Below, in pieces: positions 1 through 8,049 of a stretch of DNA of 25,922 nucleotides. A program made the translations under genes and the position numbers. Below the pieces are notes generated by a model, which made no database searches, was not told where the DNA came from, and saw only the letters and a program-made list of their open reading frames with translations. Origin of the DNA: a virus (taxonomy: Duplodnaviria; Caudoviricetes); IMG/VR virus record IMGVR_UViG_3300027533_000082, positions 1-25,922 of that record, one strand, 5' to 3'. The number at the start of each line of letters is the position of its first letter. Position 1 is the first letter of the stretch.

Positions 1-53
1 GGGAATAGGCACTGGGGTATTATTACCCGCTGTATTCATACAGTTCCCGGGGC

Positions 54-89
54 AAATAAAAAAGGCACTGCCAAATGAATGACAGTGCC
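54..89 (-). terminator. Rho-independent terminator for the leftward gene
   Basis: Minus strand reads GGCACTG-TCA-TTCATT-TGG-CAGTGCC (10-bp stem including one G-U pair) followed by TTTTTTATTT, about 50 nt downstream of the 140-598 stop. Confidence 0.8.
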
Positions 90-103
90 CAATAGCATAG
101 AGT

Positions 104-130
104 CCGGGTGGGACGGTATGCCCCACCCGG
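104..130 (-). other. GC-rich stem-loop in the 3' UTR of the leftward gene
   Basis: CCGGGTGGG (104-112) / CCCACCCGG (122-130) perfect 9-bp inverted repeat, extendable by G-U and C-G pairs on the minus strand; no U tract. Confidence 0.6.
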
Positions 131-139
131 TATCGTGTC

Positions 140-598
140 TTACAGTCCGGCGACCAATGACGCAACCAGTCCGTCCGGCGACTCGTGCGCGCGAGTCTTT
201 TCGATGGTTTCCCGCGCAGTCGCCATGTATGACGGGTCGGCGGTAATCAAAGCGATAGCACGCTGGCGCAAAAGCTTTGCATCGATCTGCGACTTCTTCT
301 TACCCGACTCCGCGACCAATTTGTCAGTGGCACTTTCCAATGCCAGTTTCCGCGCGGGGTCGCCAGTCCGGCCCGATGCAACACGGATATCCCCGGTATA
401 CATTGCGGCCAGTTTTTCTTCGACAACGGCCAACGAGTCGATTGCCCAATTATCGCCCGCTTCTTCTTTTGTCACGTTGGCATGGGCGTCCGTCAACATG
501 GACTTAATTCCCAAATCCATCGCGTGGTTTTTTACGTTTTCCGGCAGTTTCGAATAGTCAACATCAATGGTGATATTTTTCCCACAGTTTACAAGCAT
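140..598 (-). CDS. Hypothetical phage protein, 152 aa, transcribed divergently from the late operon
   Basis: ATG preceded by GGAG (GGAGTCATCCG-ATG), natural helical/charged composition, downstream terminator. The + strand ORFs here look like shadows. Confidence 0.85.
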   Translation of the reverse strand: MLVNCGKNITIDVDYSKLPENVKNHAMDLGIKSMLTDAHANVTKEEAGDNWAIDSLAVVEEKLAAMYTGDIRVASGRTGDPARKLALESATDKLVAESGKKKSQIDAKLLRQRAIALITADPSYMATARETIEKTRAHESPDGLVASLVAGL

Positions 599-783
599 CG
601 GATGACTCCATTATCATCCGGGGCCGGGATGACCCCGGGCAAAAAGACCATCGCATATTCCCATCGAGTCCACAACAAAAAACAACACCGACTCGATCAC
701 AATAATGTGATCGCCCGGGTGGGAATGGTGGCACAGTCTTTGATATGGACGCCGCGCCATGCGTCCAATGCATACCGAACACT

Positions 784-843
784 GTTGCATAAATGCAACG
801 CGAGTCCTTGTGCAATGCACAACGCCAATGGTGCAACGCACAA
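784..843. promoter_or_regulatory. Cluster of TGCA-centred palindromic operator-like sites
   Basis: GTTGCAT-AA-ATGCAAC (784-799), TTGTGCA-A-TGCACAA (808-822) and the imperfect copy GTGCAACGCACAA (831-843), all in the non-coding divergent region. Confidence 0.5.
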
Positions 844-1032
844 AACCACTGCCACAATTCGCGGCCCCACCGAACGGGGTGGCGGCCCCCCTTTCGCGCG
901 GGCTGGCGCGGCCCAGACCCCCTGCGCAAATTTTGCGAGTTTTTCTTCATCATCCCTCTCTTTCACTCGTCCAAAGATCACGAGTGATCGAGCGGGTGCG
1001 ACAAAATGCCGCATTGACAACATATTGTGGCC

Positions 1033-1061
1033 CTTGCTTTTTCCGGCACAAGATGTATACT
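1033..1061 (+). promoter_or_regulatory. Candidate sigma70-type promoter for the packaging/structural operon
   Basis: TTGCTT (1034-1039), 16-nt spacer, TATACT (1056-1061), about 40 nt upstream of ATG 1099. A TTGACA at 1014-1019 has no matching -10. Confidence 0.35.
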
Positions 1062-1098
1062 TGGACTTCAGGTGTGGTTCGTTCACTTGGCGGGGCCT

Positions 1099-1758
1099 AT
1101 GGATTTAGGACTGGACACTGTTAGGACGACTGGAAGGGCTGCGCAGCCACTCGTGGCCGAGGTGGTCCGCGAGCTAAGCGCGGTGGACATGGCCTTGCTC
1201 GAAACCGAGCGGGGCATCAAGCCACCTGCCATCAAAGTCCTCCGGGACTCCCATCACGCGATAGCAAGATGTGTGGCAGAGGGCAGACCGAATACAGAGA
1301 CCATGCTCATCACGGGCTACAGTGCTTCCCGCATTAGCATCCTCAAGGGTGATCCAGCGTTTCAGGAACTCGTGGAGTTCTATCGGAAGAACGTGGAAGA
1401 GACACGGACGGAACTCGCCACCGATGGCATCGCCAAGGCCACAGCGATCCGCAACGACGCTATGGAAATCCTCCACGACAGGCTCATCGACACACCAGAG
1501 GCCTTCGATATCCCTGACCTTCAGGACACAGTTAAACTCTTCGCAGACCGCTCGGGCCTCGGCCCACAGACAAAGTCCACTAACCTCAACGTGACCATGA
1601 ACCTCGCTGCTCGCGTCTCGGCAGGGCGACAGCGGGCAGCGCGACTAGTCTCAGCTCCAACGGTCTTGGCCGTGCCACAGGGACAGTCTGCGCCGATTGA
1701 GGGGGAGGTGGTCGCTCGCACTCCTCCATCTCCCCCTCTCGCGCCGAAGGAGGATTAG
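1099..1758 (+). CDS. Putative terminase small subunit (HTH DNA-binding protein)
   Basis: Lies upstream of TerL. HTH-like segment HHAIARCVAEG..ITGYSASRISILKGDPAFQE, helical middle, beta-like TNLNVTMN and a Pro-rich tail. ATG 1099 preferred over GTG 1027. Confidence 0.6.
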   Translation: MDLGLDTVRTTGRAAQPLVAEVVRELSAVDMALLETERGIKPPAIKVLRDSHHAIARCVAEGRPNTETMLITGYSASRISILKGDPAFQELVEFYRKNVEETRTELATDGIAKATAIRNDAMEILHDRLIDTPEAFDIPDLQDTVKLFADRSGLGPQTKSTNLNVTMNLAARVSAGRQRAARLVSAPTVLAVPQGQSAPIEGEVVARTPPSPPLAPKED

Positions 1759-1760
1759 CT

Positions 1761-1886
1761 ATGCTAACTATCGCAACGATATCTATTGAGTCTATTCTTC
1801 TCTGGTTTGTTGGTGGGTTCTTCCTCGGCTTGGGCTGGACCCTCGGCGCATGGGTTATCTCTCGCACGGTAGGTCGTATCCCTTGA
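1761..1886 (+). CDS. Small membrane protein, 41 aa (MLTIATISIESILLWFVGGFFLGLGWTLGAWVISRTVGRIP); not in the ORF track
   Basis: Strong SD AAGGAGG just upstream, ATG 2 nt after the TerS stop, hydrophobic Gly/Trp-rich helix, stop overlaps an in-frame TTG of terL (TTGA). Confidence 0.7.
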   Translation: MLTIATISIESILLWFVGGFFLGLGWTLGAWVISRTVGRIP

Positions 1887-3427
1887 TCGAAGAAGTCGAA
1901 ATTGCTGTTGAGCTTGGGGCGTTCGTTAACGACCCCCTTGGCTTCGTAGGGTTCGCCTTCGAGTGGGGTGAGCCGGGGACGGAACTCGAGCCGTACCTCG
2001 GGCCGGAGCAGTGGCAGTACGACGTACTCTCATACATGAGAGAGCGGCTCATGGCCGGTGAGGCCAAGGGCGCAGTCCTTGACGAGGCCATCCAGATCGC
2101 CACGACCTCGGGCCACGGCATTGGCAAATCCGCCTTGGTAAGCTGGCTGATGCTCTGGGCGATCTCCACCTTCGAGGACACCAAGGGCGTGGTCACTGCC
2201 AATACCGAAACGCAGTTAAAGACAAAGACTTGGGCCGAACTCGGCAAGTGGTATCGCCTCTTCGTTGGCAAGGAGATGTTCCATCTCACGGCAACTGCTC
2301 TGTTCTCAAAGGACCCTGAACATGAACGGACTTGGCGGATCGATATGGTCCCGTGGAGTGAGCGCAATACTGAAGCATTTGCCGGTCTCCACAATAAAGG
2401 CAAGCGTGTCATTCTTATCATGGATGAAGCATCGGCGATCCCGGACCTCATTCATGAAGTGGCAGAGGGAGCACTCACTGACAGTCATACGCAAATCATC
2501 TGGGCCATGTTTGGAAACCCAACTAAGGCGACGGGTAGATTCCGCGAAGCGTTCGCTGGCGGCAAATTCGCGCACAGATGGAAACAGTTCCAAGTAGACT
2601 CCCGCACCGTCTCGATCACGAACAAGGGTCAATTCGAGAAGTGGATTAAGGACTATGGAGAAGACTCCGACTTTGTTCGAGTTCGTGTTCGAGGCATCTT
2701 CCCGCGTGTCGGCTCCATGCAGTTCATTGGAGAAGAACTCGTCAGTGAGGCTATACGACGGGACGCTGATGTACACTTTCATGACCCCCTTATCATCGGG
2801 GTCGATGTGGCGCGTTTTGGGGAGGACGAGTCCGTTATCTACTTCCGAAAAGGTAGAGATGGCAGAACAATTCCTCCAATCCGTATGCGGGGTCTACGGG
2901 GTGCCGTTGATACAATGACTGTCGCGGGCAAGGTCGCGGAGGTTTCTCTGCAGTACCGCGCCGATGCGATCTTCGTGGACGGCGGTGGAGTGGGCGGTGG
3001 TGTCGTGGATAGACTGCGCCAGCTTCAGGTCCCCGTGTGGGACATTCAGTTCGGCGGGAAGTCCGATGCTGTGGACTTCCCCGGACAGCAGGATCAAGGC
3101 GTTCGCTACGCTAACAAGCGCGCGGAGATATGGGGCAAGATGCGGGAGTGGCTCTCCATCGGGATGATCGCAGATGAGCCGCAGCTGCTTGAGGAACTCA
3201 CCGGCCCCCAGTACGGCTTCAACAAAAACAACGACCTTCAGCTCGAGTCGAAGGACGACATGAAGCGGCGCGGGCTGGCCTCGCCAGACATTGCTGACGC
3301 CCTCGCACTCACCTTCGCCTACCCTGTAGTCCCCCACGCCTTCGCCGGTGGCCTTCACGATCTTCCAAGGGCCACCATTTCCGACTACGACCCTATCAAA
3401 CTCTTTGAACAGGAGATGCTCTCATGA
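1883..3427 (+). CDS. terL: Terminase large subunit
   Basis: Walker A SGHGIGKS, Walker B LIMDEAS, coupling motif FGNPT, RNase H-like nuclease motifs IGVDVARFGEDES and SPDIADALALTF. Start is TTG 1883 (overlapping the upstream stop) or ATG 1850. Confidence 0.96.
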   Translation: MIEEVEIAVELGAFVNDPLGFVGFAFEWGEPGTELEPYLGPEQWQYDVLSYMRERLMAGEAKGAVLDEAIQIATTSGHGIGKSALVSWLMLWAISTFEDTKGVVTANTETQLKTKTWAELGKWYRLFVGKEMFHLTATALFSKDPEHERTWRIDMVPWSERNTEAFAGLHNKGKRVILIMDEASAIPDLIHEVAEGALTDSHTQIIWAMFGNPTKATGRFREAFAGGKFAHRWKQFQVDSRTVSITNKGQFEKWIKDYGEDSDFVRVRVRGIFPRVGSMQFIGEELVSEAIRRDADVHFHDPLIIGVDVARFGEDESVIYFRKGRDGRTIPPIRMRGLRGAVDTMTVAGKVAEVSLQYRADAIFVDGGGVGGGVVDRLRQLQVPVWDIQFGGKSDAVDFPGQQDQGVRYANKRAEIWGKMREWLSIGMIADEPQLLEELTGPQYGFNKNNDLQLESKDDMKRRGLASPDIADALALTFAYPVVPHAFAGGLHDLPRATISDYDPIKLFEQEMLS

Positions 3428-3615
3428 TGAGCGCGCCCGATCCCCCGCCAATCCCAAAGCCTATCGCGCCTCCGAAGCAACCGGCACCTCCGGTAGACCT
3501 TGGAAAGAACAGCGCGGCCAAGGCTGGTGTTATGTCCACCATCTTGACCTCGACCCAAGGTGACCTGACGCCATCCAAGACCTCGAAGAAATCACTCTTA
3601 GGCGGGGCTGGCTAA
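3424..3615 (+). CDS. Small Pro-rich virion/assembly protein (positional analogue of T7 gp7.3)
   Basis: ATGA overlap with terL, SD AGGAG, abuts the portal; Pro-rich N-terminus and the TILT...KKSLLG ending seen in small pre-portal podovirus genes. Confidence 0.7.
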   Translation: MMSAPDPPPIPKPIAPPKQPAPPVDLGKNSAAKAGVMSTILTSTQGDLTPSKTSKKSLLGGAG

Positions 3616-5304
3616 ATGTCAAAAGACCTTGATCTTCTTCGGTGCGCCGACGCTCGCATTGACTCAATGTACCAAGACCGCTACTCGTGGTGGGTACACT
3701 GGGCAGAGCTTGCTCGGTACATTCTCCCTCGGCGCTATCGCTGGCTCGTCACCGCCAATCAGATGAACCGTGGGCAAGAGATCAATCAGGCTATCATCGA
3801 TTCCACTGGTACTGTGGCGGCAAGGGTCCTCGGCTCAGGCATGATGAGCGGAATGACCTCGCCAACGCGCCAGTGGTTTCGCTGTCGCATAAACGGCTTC
3901 GAGGGCGAAGAGACGCACCCCGTTAATGTGTGGCTCTCTGAGGTTCAGGCCCGGATGATGAGGGTGTTTCAAGAGTCGAACTTCTACAACGCCATCGCAG
4001 TGGTCTACATGGACATGGCTGTCTTTGGCACCGCCCCCATGCTGATCTACGAGGACTTCGAGAACGTCATCCACTGCCACAACCCCTGCGCGGGCGAATA
4101 CTTCGTAGCTAACAACGACCGTGGAGAGGTGGATGTATTCGCGCGGGAGTTCGTGCAGACCGTGGCACAGCTGGTCCAATGGTTCGGGGTGGAGAACTGT
4201 TCGAAGAACGTGCAGGACGCCTTCAAGGCCGGTGGGGCTCAGCTGCAGCAGGAGATCGTCATTCGGCACCTCGTCGAACCGAACCTGAGGAAAGAGAAGG
4301 TAGTCCCGGAGAAGTTCGCCTACCGCGAAATGTACTGGGAGAAGGGCGTCGCGGATCAGAAGAATATCTTCCTAACGAAGCGGGGATACCACGAGTTCCC
4401 ACTGATCTGCCCCCGTTGGGATATCTCTGGCAACGACGCTTATGGCCGGAGCCCCGGCATGGATGCACTGGGCGACATTAAACAGCTTCAGATGGAAACA
4501 AAGCGCAAAGCGCAGGTCATCGACAAGATGGCAAACCCTCCGATGGTGGCCGACGTGGAGCTGAAGAACGCGCCCGCGAGCACTATCCCCGGTGGCGTCA
4601 CCTACGTCGCGAAGAAAGACGGAGCGGGGTTCAAGCCCGCCTATGAGAACTTCCGCCCGCCAATCGTGGAGTTGATGAACGACATTCAAGACGTGCGGGA
4701 ACGCATCCGCTCGATCTTCTTCAACGACCTGTTCCTCATGTTCCAGCAGCTTGAAGCGGAGCCACGTTCCGCCACTGCTGTCGATGCCCGCCGAGAGGAA
4801 AAGATGGTCATGCTTGGACCAGTCCTCGAGCGGTTCCAAACCGAGGGCCTCGACAAGATCATCGACCGGACCTTCGCAATCATGGACCGAGCGGGCATCC
4901 TGCCTGAGGCCCCGGAAGAAATCCGCGACAAGAACATTCAGATCGAATACATCTCCATGCTGGCCGCAGCGCAGAAGGCCGTGGAGACCGCTGGCATCGA
5001 GCGCATCTTTGGCTTCGCGGGCAACATCGCTGCTCTCGATCCCAACGTGATGCTCAAGCTAAACGTTGACTACTCGATGGAGAAATACTCTGCCCTCTTG
5101 GGCAACGATCCGAAACTCTTGTTCCCGCAAGAGATGGTCGATAAGAAAAAGGCCGAGGCCGATAAGGCCAAGCAGATGCAATACCAAACTGAAATGGGTC
5201 TCGGTGCTGCCAAGGCCGGTAAGACCCTTTCAGAGACTGACGTTGGTGGCGGCGTGAACGCCATGCAAGCTATACTTGGTACAGCAGGAGTGCAACAGCC
5301 ATGA
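3616..5304 (+). CDS. Portal / head-to-tail connector (T7 gp8 / BPP-1 Bbp21-like)
   Basis: 562 aa; motifs WAELARYILP, GMTSPTRQWF, SNFY..FGTA, PRW..YGRSPGMDALGD, REEKMVMLGPVLER, IEYISMLAAAQK. Confidence 0.93.
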   Translation: MSKDLDLLRCADARIDSMYQDRYSWWVHWAELARYILPRRYRWLVTANQMNRGQEINQAIIDSTGTVAARVLGSGMMSGMTSPTRQWFRCRINGFEGEETHPVNVWLSEVQARMMRVFQESNFYNAIAVVYMDMAVFGTAPMLIYEDFENVIHCHNPCAGEYFVANNDRGEVDVFAREFVQTVAQLVQWFGVENCSKNVQDAFKAGGAQLQQEIVIRHLVEPNLRKEKVVPEKFAYREMYWEKGVADQKNIFLTKRGYHEFPLICPRWDISGNDAYGRSPGMDALGDIKQLQMETKRKAQVIDKMANPPMVADVELKNAPASTIPGGVTYVAKKDGAGFKPAYENFRPPIVELMNDIQDVRERIRSIFFNDLFLMFQQLEAEPRSATAVDARREEKMVMLGPVLERFQTEGLDKIIDRTFAIMDRAGILPEAPEEIRDKNIQIEYISMLAAAQKAVETAGIERIFGFAGNIAALDPNVMLKLNVDYSMEKYSALLGNDPKLLFPQEMVDKKKAEADKAKQMQYQTEMGLGAAKAGKTLSETDVGGGVNAMQAILGTAGVQQP

Positions 5305-5987
5305 ATGGAATGAGAGACACTAGACCACTCGTCGCCATCGGTCTGCCTTGCGGCGACATGATGCACAGTGAAACCGCGCAATGCATCTGGGGCATCGGGC
5401 GAGGAAACGCGAATTGTCGGCAGGGCATCGTGATGGCCCATAGCTCTATCGTGGCGAACGCGCGGAACAACTGCGTGGGTGGCGCTCAGCGAATCAACGC
5501 AGACTACATCATGTTCATTGACTCGGACATGATATTCCCTCCCAACACGATTGACCGGCTGTTGGCCCACAAGAAGGATATCGTGGGAGGGACTTACGTT
5601 CGGCGAGGCCCTCCTTTTGACAACTTAGGCTCAAGCATCCCCGAGCATATGGATCGCCAGTCAGGCCTCGTCGAAATGACTCATATGCCTACCGGAGTGC
5701 TTTTGATAAAGACTTCGGTCTTTGACAAGTTCAAGCGCCCGTACTTCCGCTACAGCATAGACGAGGATAAAGAACAGATCGGTGGCGAGGATATGCTCTT
5801 CTCCGAGATGGCCCGCGAGCGGGGCTTCCGAATCTTCTGTGACCTTGACTTGTCAAGCGAGCTGCGCCACATCTACACTTATATGCTTTCGCCCGTGGAC
5901 CCCTCGACCCGCGCCGTCGCGGATAACTTTAAGAAAGCCGAACTGGCCGAGAAGGCTAGACTGGTGGCCGCCAATGGCCGAGGATAA
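5301..5987 (+). CDS. GT-A fold glycosyltransferase (GT2-like)
   Basis: VAIGLP first strand, ARN, DXD motif YIMFIDSD, TGVLLIKTSVF, GED catalytic-base motif and C-terminal His; ATGA-coupled to the portal. Confidence 0.85.
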   Translation: MNGMRDTRPLVAIGLPCGDMMHSETAQCIWGIGRGNANCRQGIVMAHSSIVANARNNCVGGAQRINADYIMFIDSDMIFPPNTIDRLLAHKKDIVGGTYVRRGPPFDNLGSSIPEHMDRQSGLVEMTHMPTGVLLIKTSVFDKFKRPYFRYSIDEDKEQIGGEDMLFSEMARERGFRIFCDLDLSSELRHIYTYMLSPVDPSTRAVADNFKKAELAEKARLVAANGRG

Positions 5988-6282
5988 CCCATATGACTCC
6001 GGAGATCAAAAGGCGGTTGAAGCGGCAGCGAAAGCTGCGAAGCAAGCTGAGAAAGACCGAGTTGCCTTTCTCGAAAGCGCTATGTCCATACCGAATGGAA
6101 GGAAGTGGTTTTACGATCTACTTGCCCGCACCGGAGTGGGGCGGAATCCATACTCGGCGTCTGATCGAGGAACTGCATTTAGTTGCGGGGAACTCAACAT
6201 CGGACTGCCGATAATGGCTGACTTGCTAAACCACTGCCCGAAGATGTACCAGCTCATGATGGAGGAGAACTCAAATGGCTGA
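5974..6282 (+). CDS. Bbp19-like small head-module protein
   Basis: MS.PNGRKWFYDLL..TAFSCGELNIGL pattern and position between portal and scaffold. ATG 5974 preferred to the ORF-track start at 5782. Confidence 0.75.
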   Translation: MAEDNPYDSGDQKAVEAAAKAAKQAEKDRVAFLESAMSIPNGRKWFYDLLARTGVGRNPYSASDRGTAFSCGELNIGLPIMADLLNHCPKMYQLMMEENSNG

Positions 6283-6940
6283 AGCTGCACCTGCCCCGGC
6301 ACCCGACAAGCCAACATTCGCTGCCGAGCCCACTTCACTACTGAACCAGCCGCCCCCGGCTGATCCACCGAAGGACGGCGAGCCGCCAAAGGACCCTGCA
6401 CCGAAGGATGGCGAAAAGCCTCCGGAGAAGCCGCCTGAGGCCCCGCCCGTAATTGACCTCGCCGCAGTGAAGCTCCCGGAAGGGATCACCGCTGACGACG
6501 ATGCGTCCAAGGCTGCGATGAAATCCGCTTCGGAAATCCTCGCAGACGACAAACTGCCTCCGCAAGAACGGATGCAGAAGCTTATCGACGTTTATGGAGG
6601 TCTGGCTAAAGCCGCCGCAGACAGCAATGGCAAAGCATGGAACGACCTCCAAGACCAGTGGCAAACAGAAGTCAAAGCCGATCCTACTATCGGCGGCGAT
6701 AAGCTGGTTCCCACTCAGCAGATGATTTCAAAGGCAATCGATACGCTAGGCCCAGACAGCGCCAAGGCGTTTCGGTCCGCCCTCGACTTCACAGGTGCTG
6801 GAAACAACCCGGCTATCATCAAGGGCTTAGCGGCGTTCGCTAAGCTTGCGGTGGAGGGCGGGCACGTAACCGGGGCTCCTCCAAAGGTGGCACCCACCAC
6901 TGCGCAGGAGTTCTTTCCCAACTCACCTGAAATGAAGTAA
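6275..6940 (+). CDS. Capsid scaffolding/assembly protein
   Basis: Pro/Lys/Asp-rich disordered N-terminus, KLPEG, W..EVKADPTIGG and TGAGNNPAII motifs; SD GGAGGAG; directly before the major capsid gene. Confidence 0.8.
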   Translation: MAEAAPAPAPDKPTFAAEPTSLLNQPPPADPPKDGEPPKDPAPKDGEKPPEKPPEAPPVIDLAAVKLPEGITADDDASKAAMKSASEILADDKLPPQERMQKLIDVYGGLAKAAADSNGKAWNDLQDQWQTEVKADPTIGGDKLVPTQQMISKAIDTLGPDSAKAFRSALDFTGAGNNPAIIKGLAAFAKLAVEGGHVTGAPPKVAPTTAQEFFPNSPEMK

Positions 6941-6949
6941 GGAAAACAC

Positions 6950-8002
6950 ATGGCTACGTTAGCAGGTGCTCTTACCTATGCTGACTGGGCGCGGCGTTTC
7001 GAGGATGGCAAGATTGCCAAGATCATCGAAATCCTCTCCCAGTCAAACGAGATTCTCTTGGATATGCTCACGATCCAAGCGAATGGTATCACGGGGCACA
7101 AGACTACCATCCGTACGGGCCTGCCCACGGCAACGTGGCGCTTGCTCAACTATGGTATTGTGCCTACGAAAAGCACGACCGCTCAGATCATCGACACTCC
7201 CGGCAACCTCGAAGCCGAGAGCCAGCTCGATCTGGACGTTGCGAAGCTGAACGGGAACAGCGCGGAGTTCCGGCTTTCGGAATCCCGAGCCTTCCTCGAA
7301 GGCATGAACCAGCAGATGGCGGCAACGCTTATCTACGGGAACACCTCAGTTAACCCGGAACGCTTCACCGGCCTCGCCCCGCGCTATAACACAGTCACGA
7401 CCACAGCGGCACAGACCGCCTACAACGTGATTGATATGCTCGGGACCGGCTCGGACAATACCTCCATCTGGATCGTCACTTGGGGTGAGTCCACTACCCA
7501 CGGCTTCTTCCCCCCTGGCTCGATGGCTGGCCTCCAGCACTCGGATATGGGCAAGCAGCGTGTGCAAGACACTTCCCAGTCATTCGCCACCGGCGCATAT
7601 TTCTGGGCTTGGGTCGATCACTACAAGTGGGAACTCGGCCTGTCAGTCCGTGACTGGCGGTACAACGTCCGTCTGGCCAACATTGACATTTCCGATCTGG
7701 CGACTGTCAATGCTGCTAACCTCATTAACGGTCTGGTCCGCGGCCTCAACCGCCTCCCGACCACGATGAGCGGCGTCGCCACGACTCAGACGTCTGACGC
7801 GCCTTCCATCTCAGGTTCGATGGGTAAGACGGTTATCTACTGCAACCGTACTATCAAGACCTACCTCGAGTTGCAAGCGATGAACAAGACCAACGTCTTG
7901 CTCCAGCTGTCGCAGTTCAACGGTATGCCCATCACAACCTTCCGTGGTGTTCCCATCAGGACCGTTGATGCGATCCTGAACAACGAAACGAGGGTGACCT
8001 AA
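6950..8002 (+). CDS. Major capsid protein (BPP-1 Bbp17 / epsilon15 gp7-like, HK97 fold)
   Basis: 350 aa; IIEILSQSNEIL, TTIRTGLPTATWRLLNYG, FTGLAPRY, DNTSIW, GLSVRDWRY, FRGVPIRTVDAILNNE. Confidence 0.93.
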   Translation: MATLAGALTYADWARRFEDGKIAKIIEILSQSNEILLDMLTIQANGITGHKTTIRTGLPTATWRLLNYGIVPTKSTTAQIIDTPGNLEAESQLDLDVAKLNGNSAEFRLSESRAFLEGMNQQMAATLIYGNTSVNPERFTGLAPRYNTVTTTAAQTAYNVIDMLGTGSDNTSIWIVTWGESTTHGFFPPGSMAGLQHSDMGKQRVQDTSQSFATGAYFWAWVDHYKWELGLSVRDWRYNVRLANIDISDLATVNAANLINGLVRGLNRLPTTMSGVATTQTSDAPSISGSMGKTVIYCNRTIKTYLELQAMNKTNVLLQLSQFNGMPITTFRGVPIRTVDAILNNETRVT

Positions 8003-8049
8003 TGCGGAAACTCAGCGTTGAAACCCTGTTCACTGGAGAACACTCATGA
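8002..8049 (+). CDS. Possible 15-aa mini-ORF (MRKLSVETLFTGEHS) bridging the capsid and cement genes
   Basis: Start overlaps the capsid stop (TAATG) and stop overlaps the cement start (ATGA). Confidence 0.3.
   Translation: MRKLSVETLFTGEHS

Noticed and set aside
694-713. CRP/FNR-type site
   Set aside because: Half-sites are in TCACA-N4-TGTGA order, not TGTGA-N6-TCACA.
482-1124. Several 60-208 aa ORFs on both strands in the divergent region
   Set aside because: No SD, Cys/His/Arg-rich composition, and they overlap palindromic regulatory sequence; most likely non-coding.
7780-7810. Capsid TQTSDAPS resembling the bookend TGTVSDAS
   Set aside because: Only SDA and a nearby Thr match within low-complexity sequence; likely chance.
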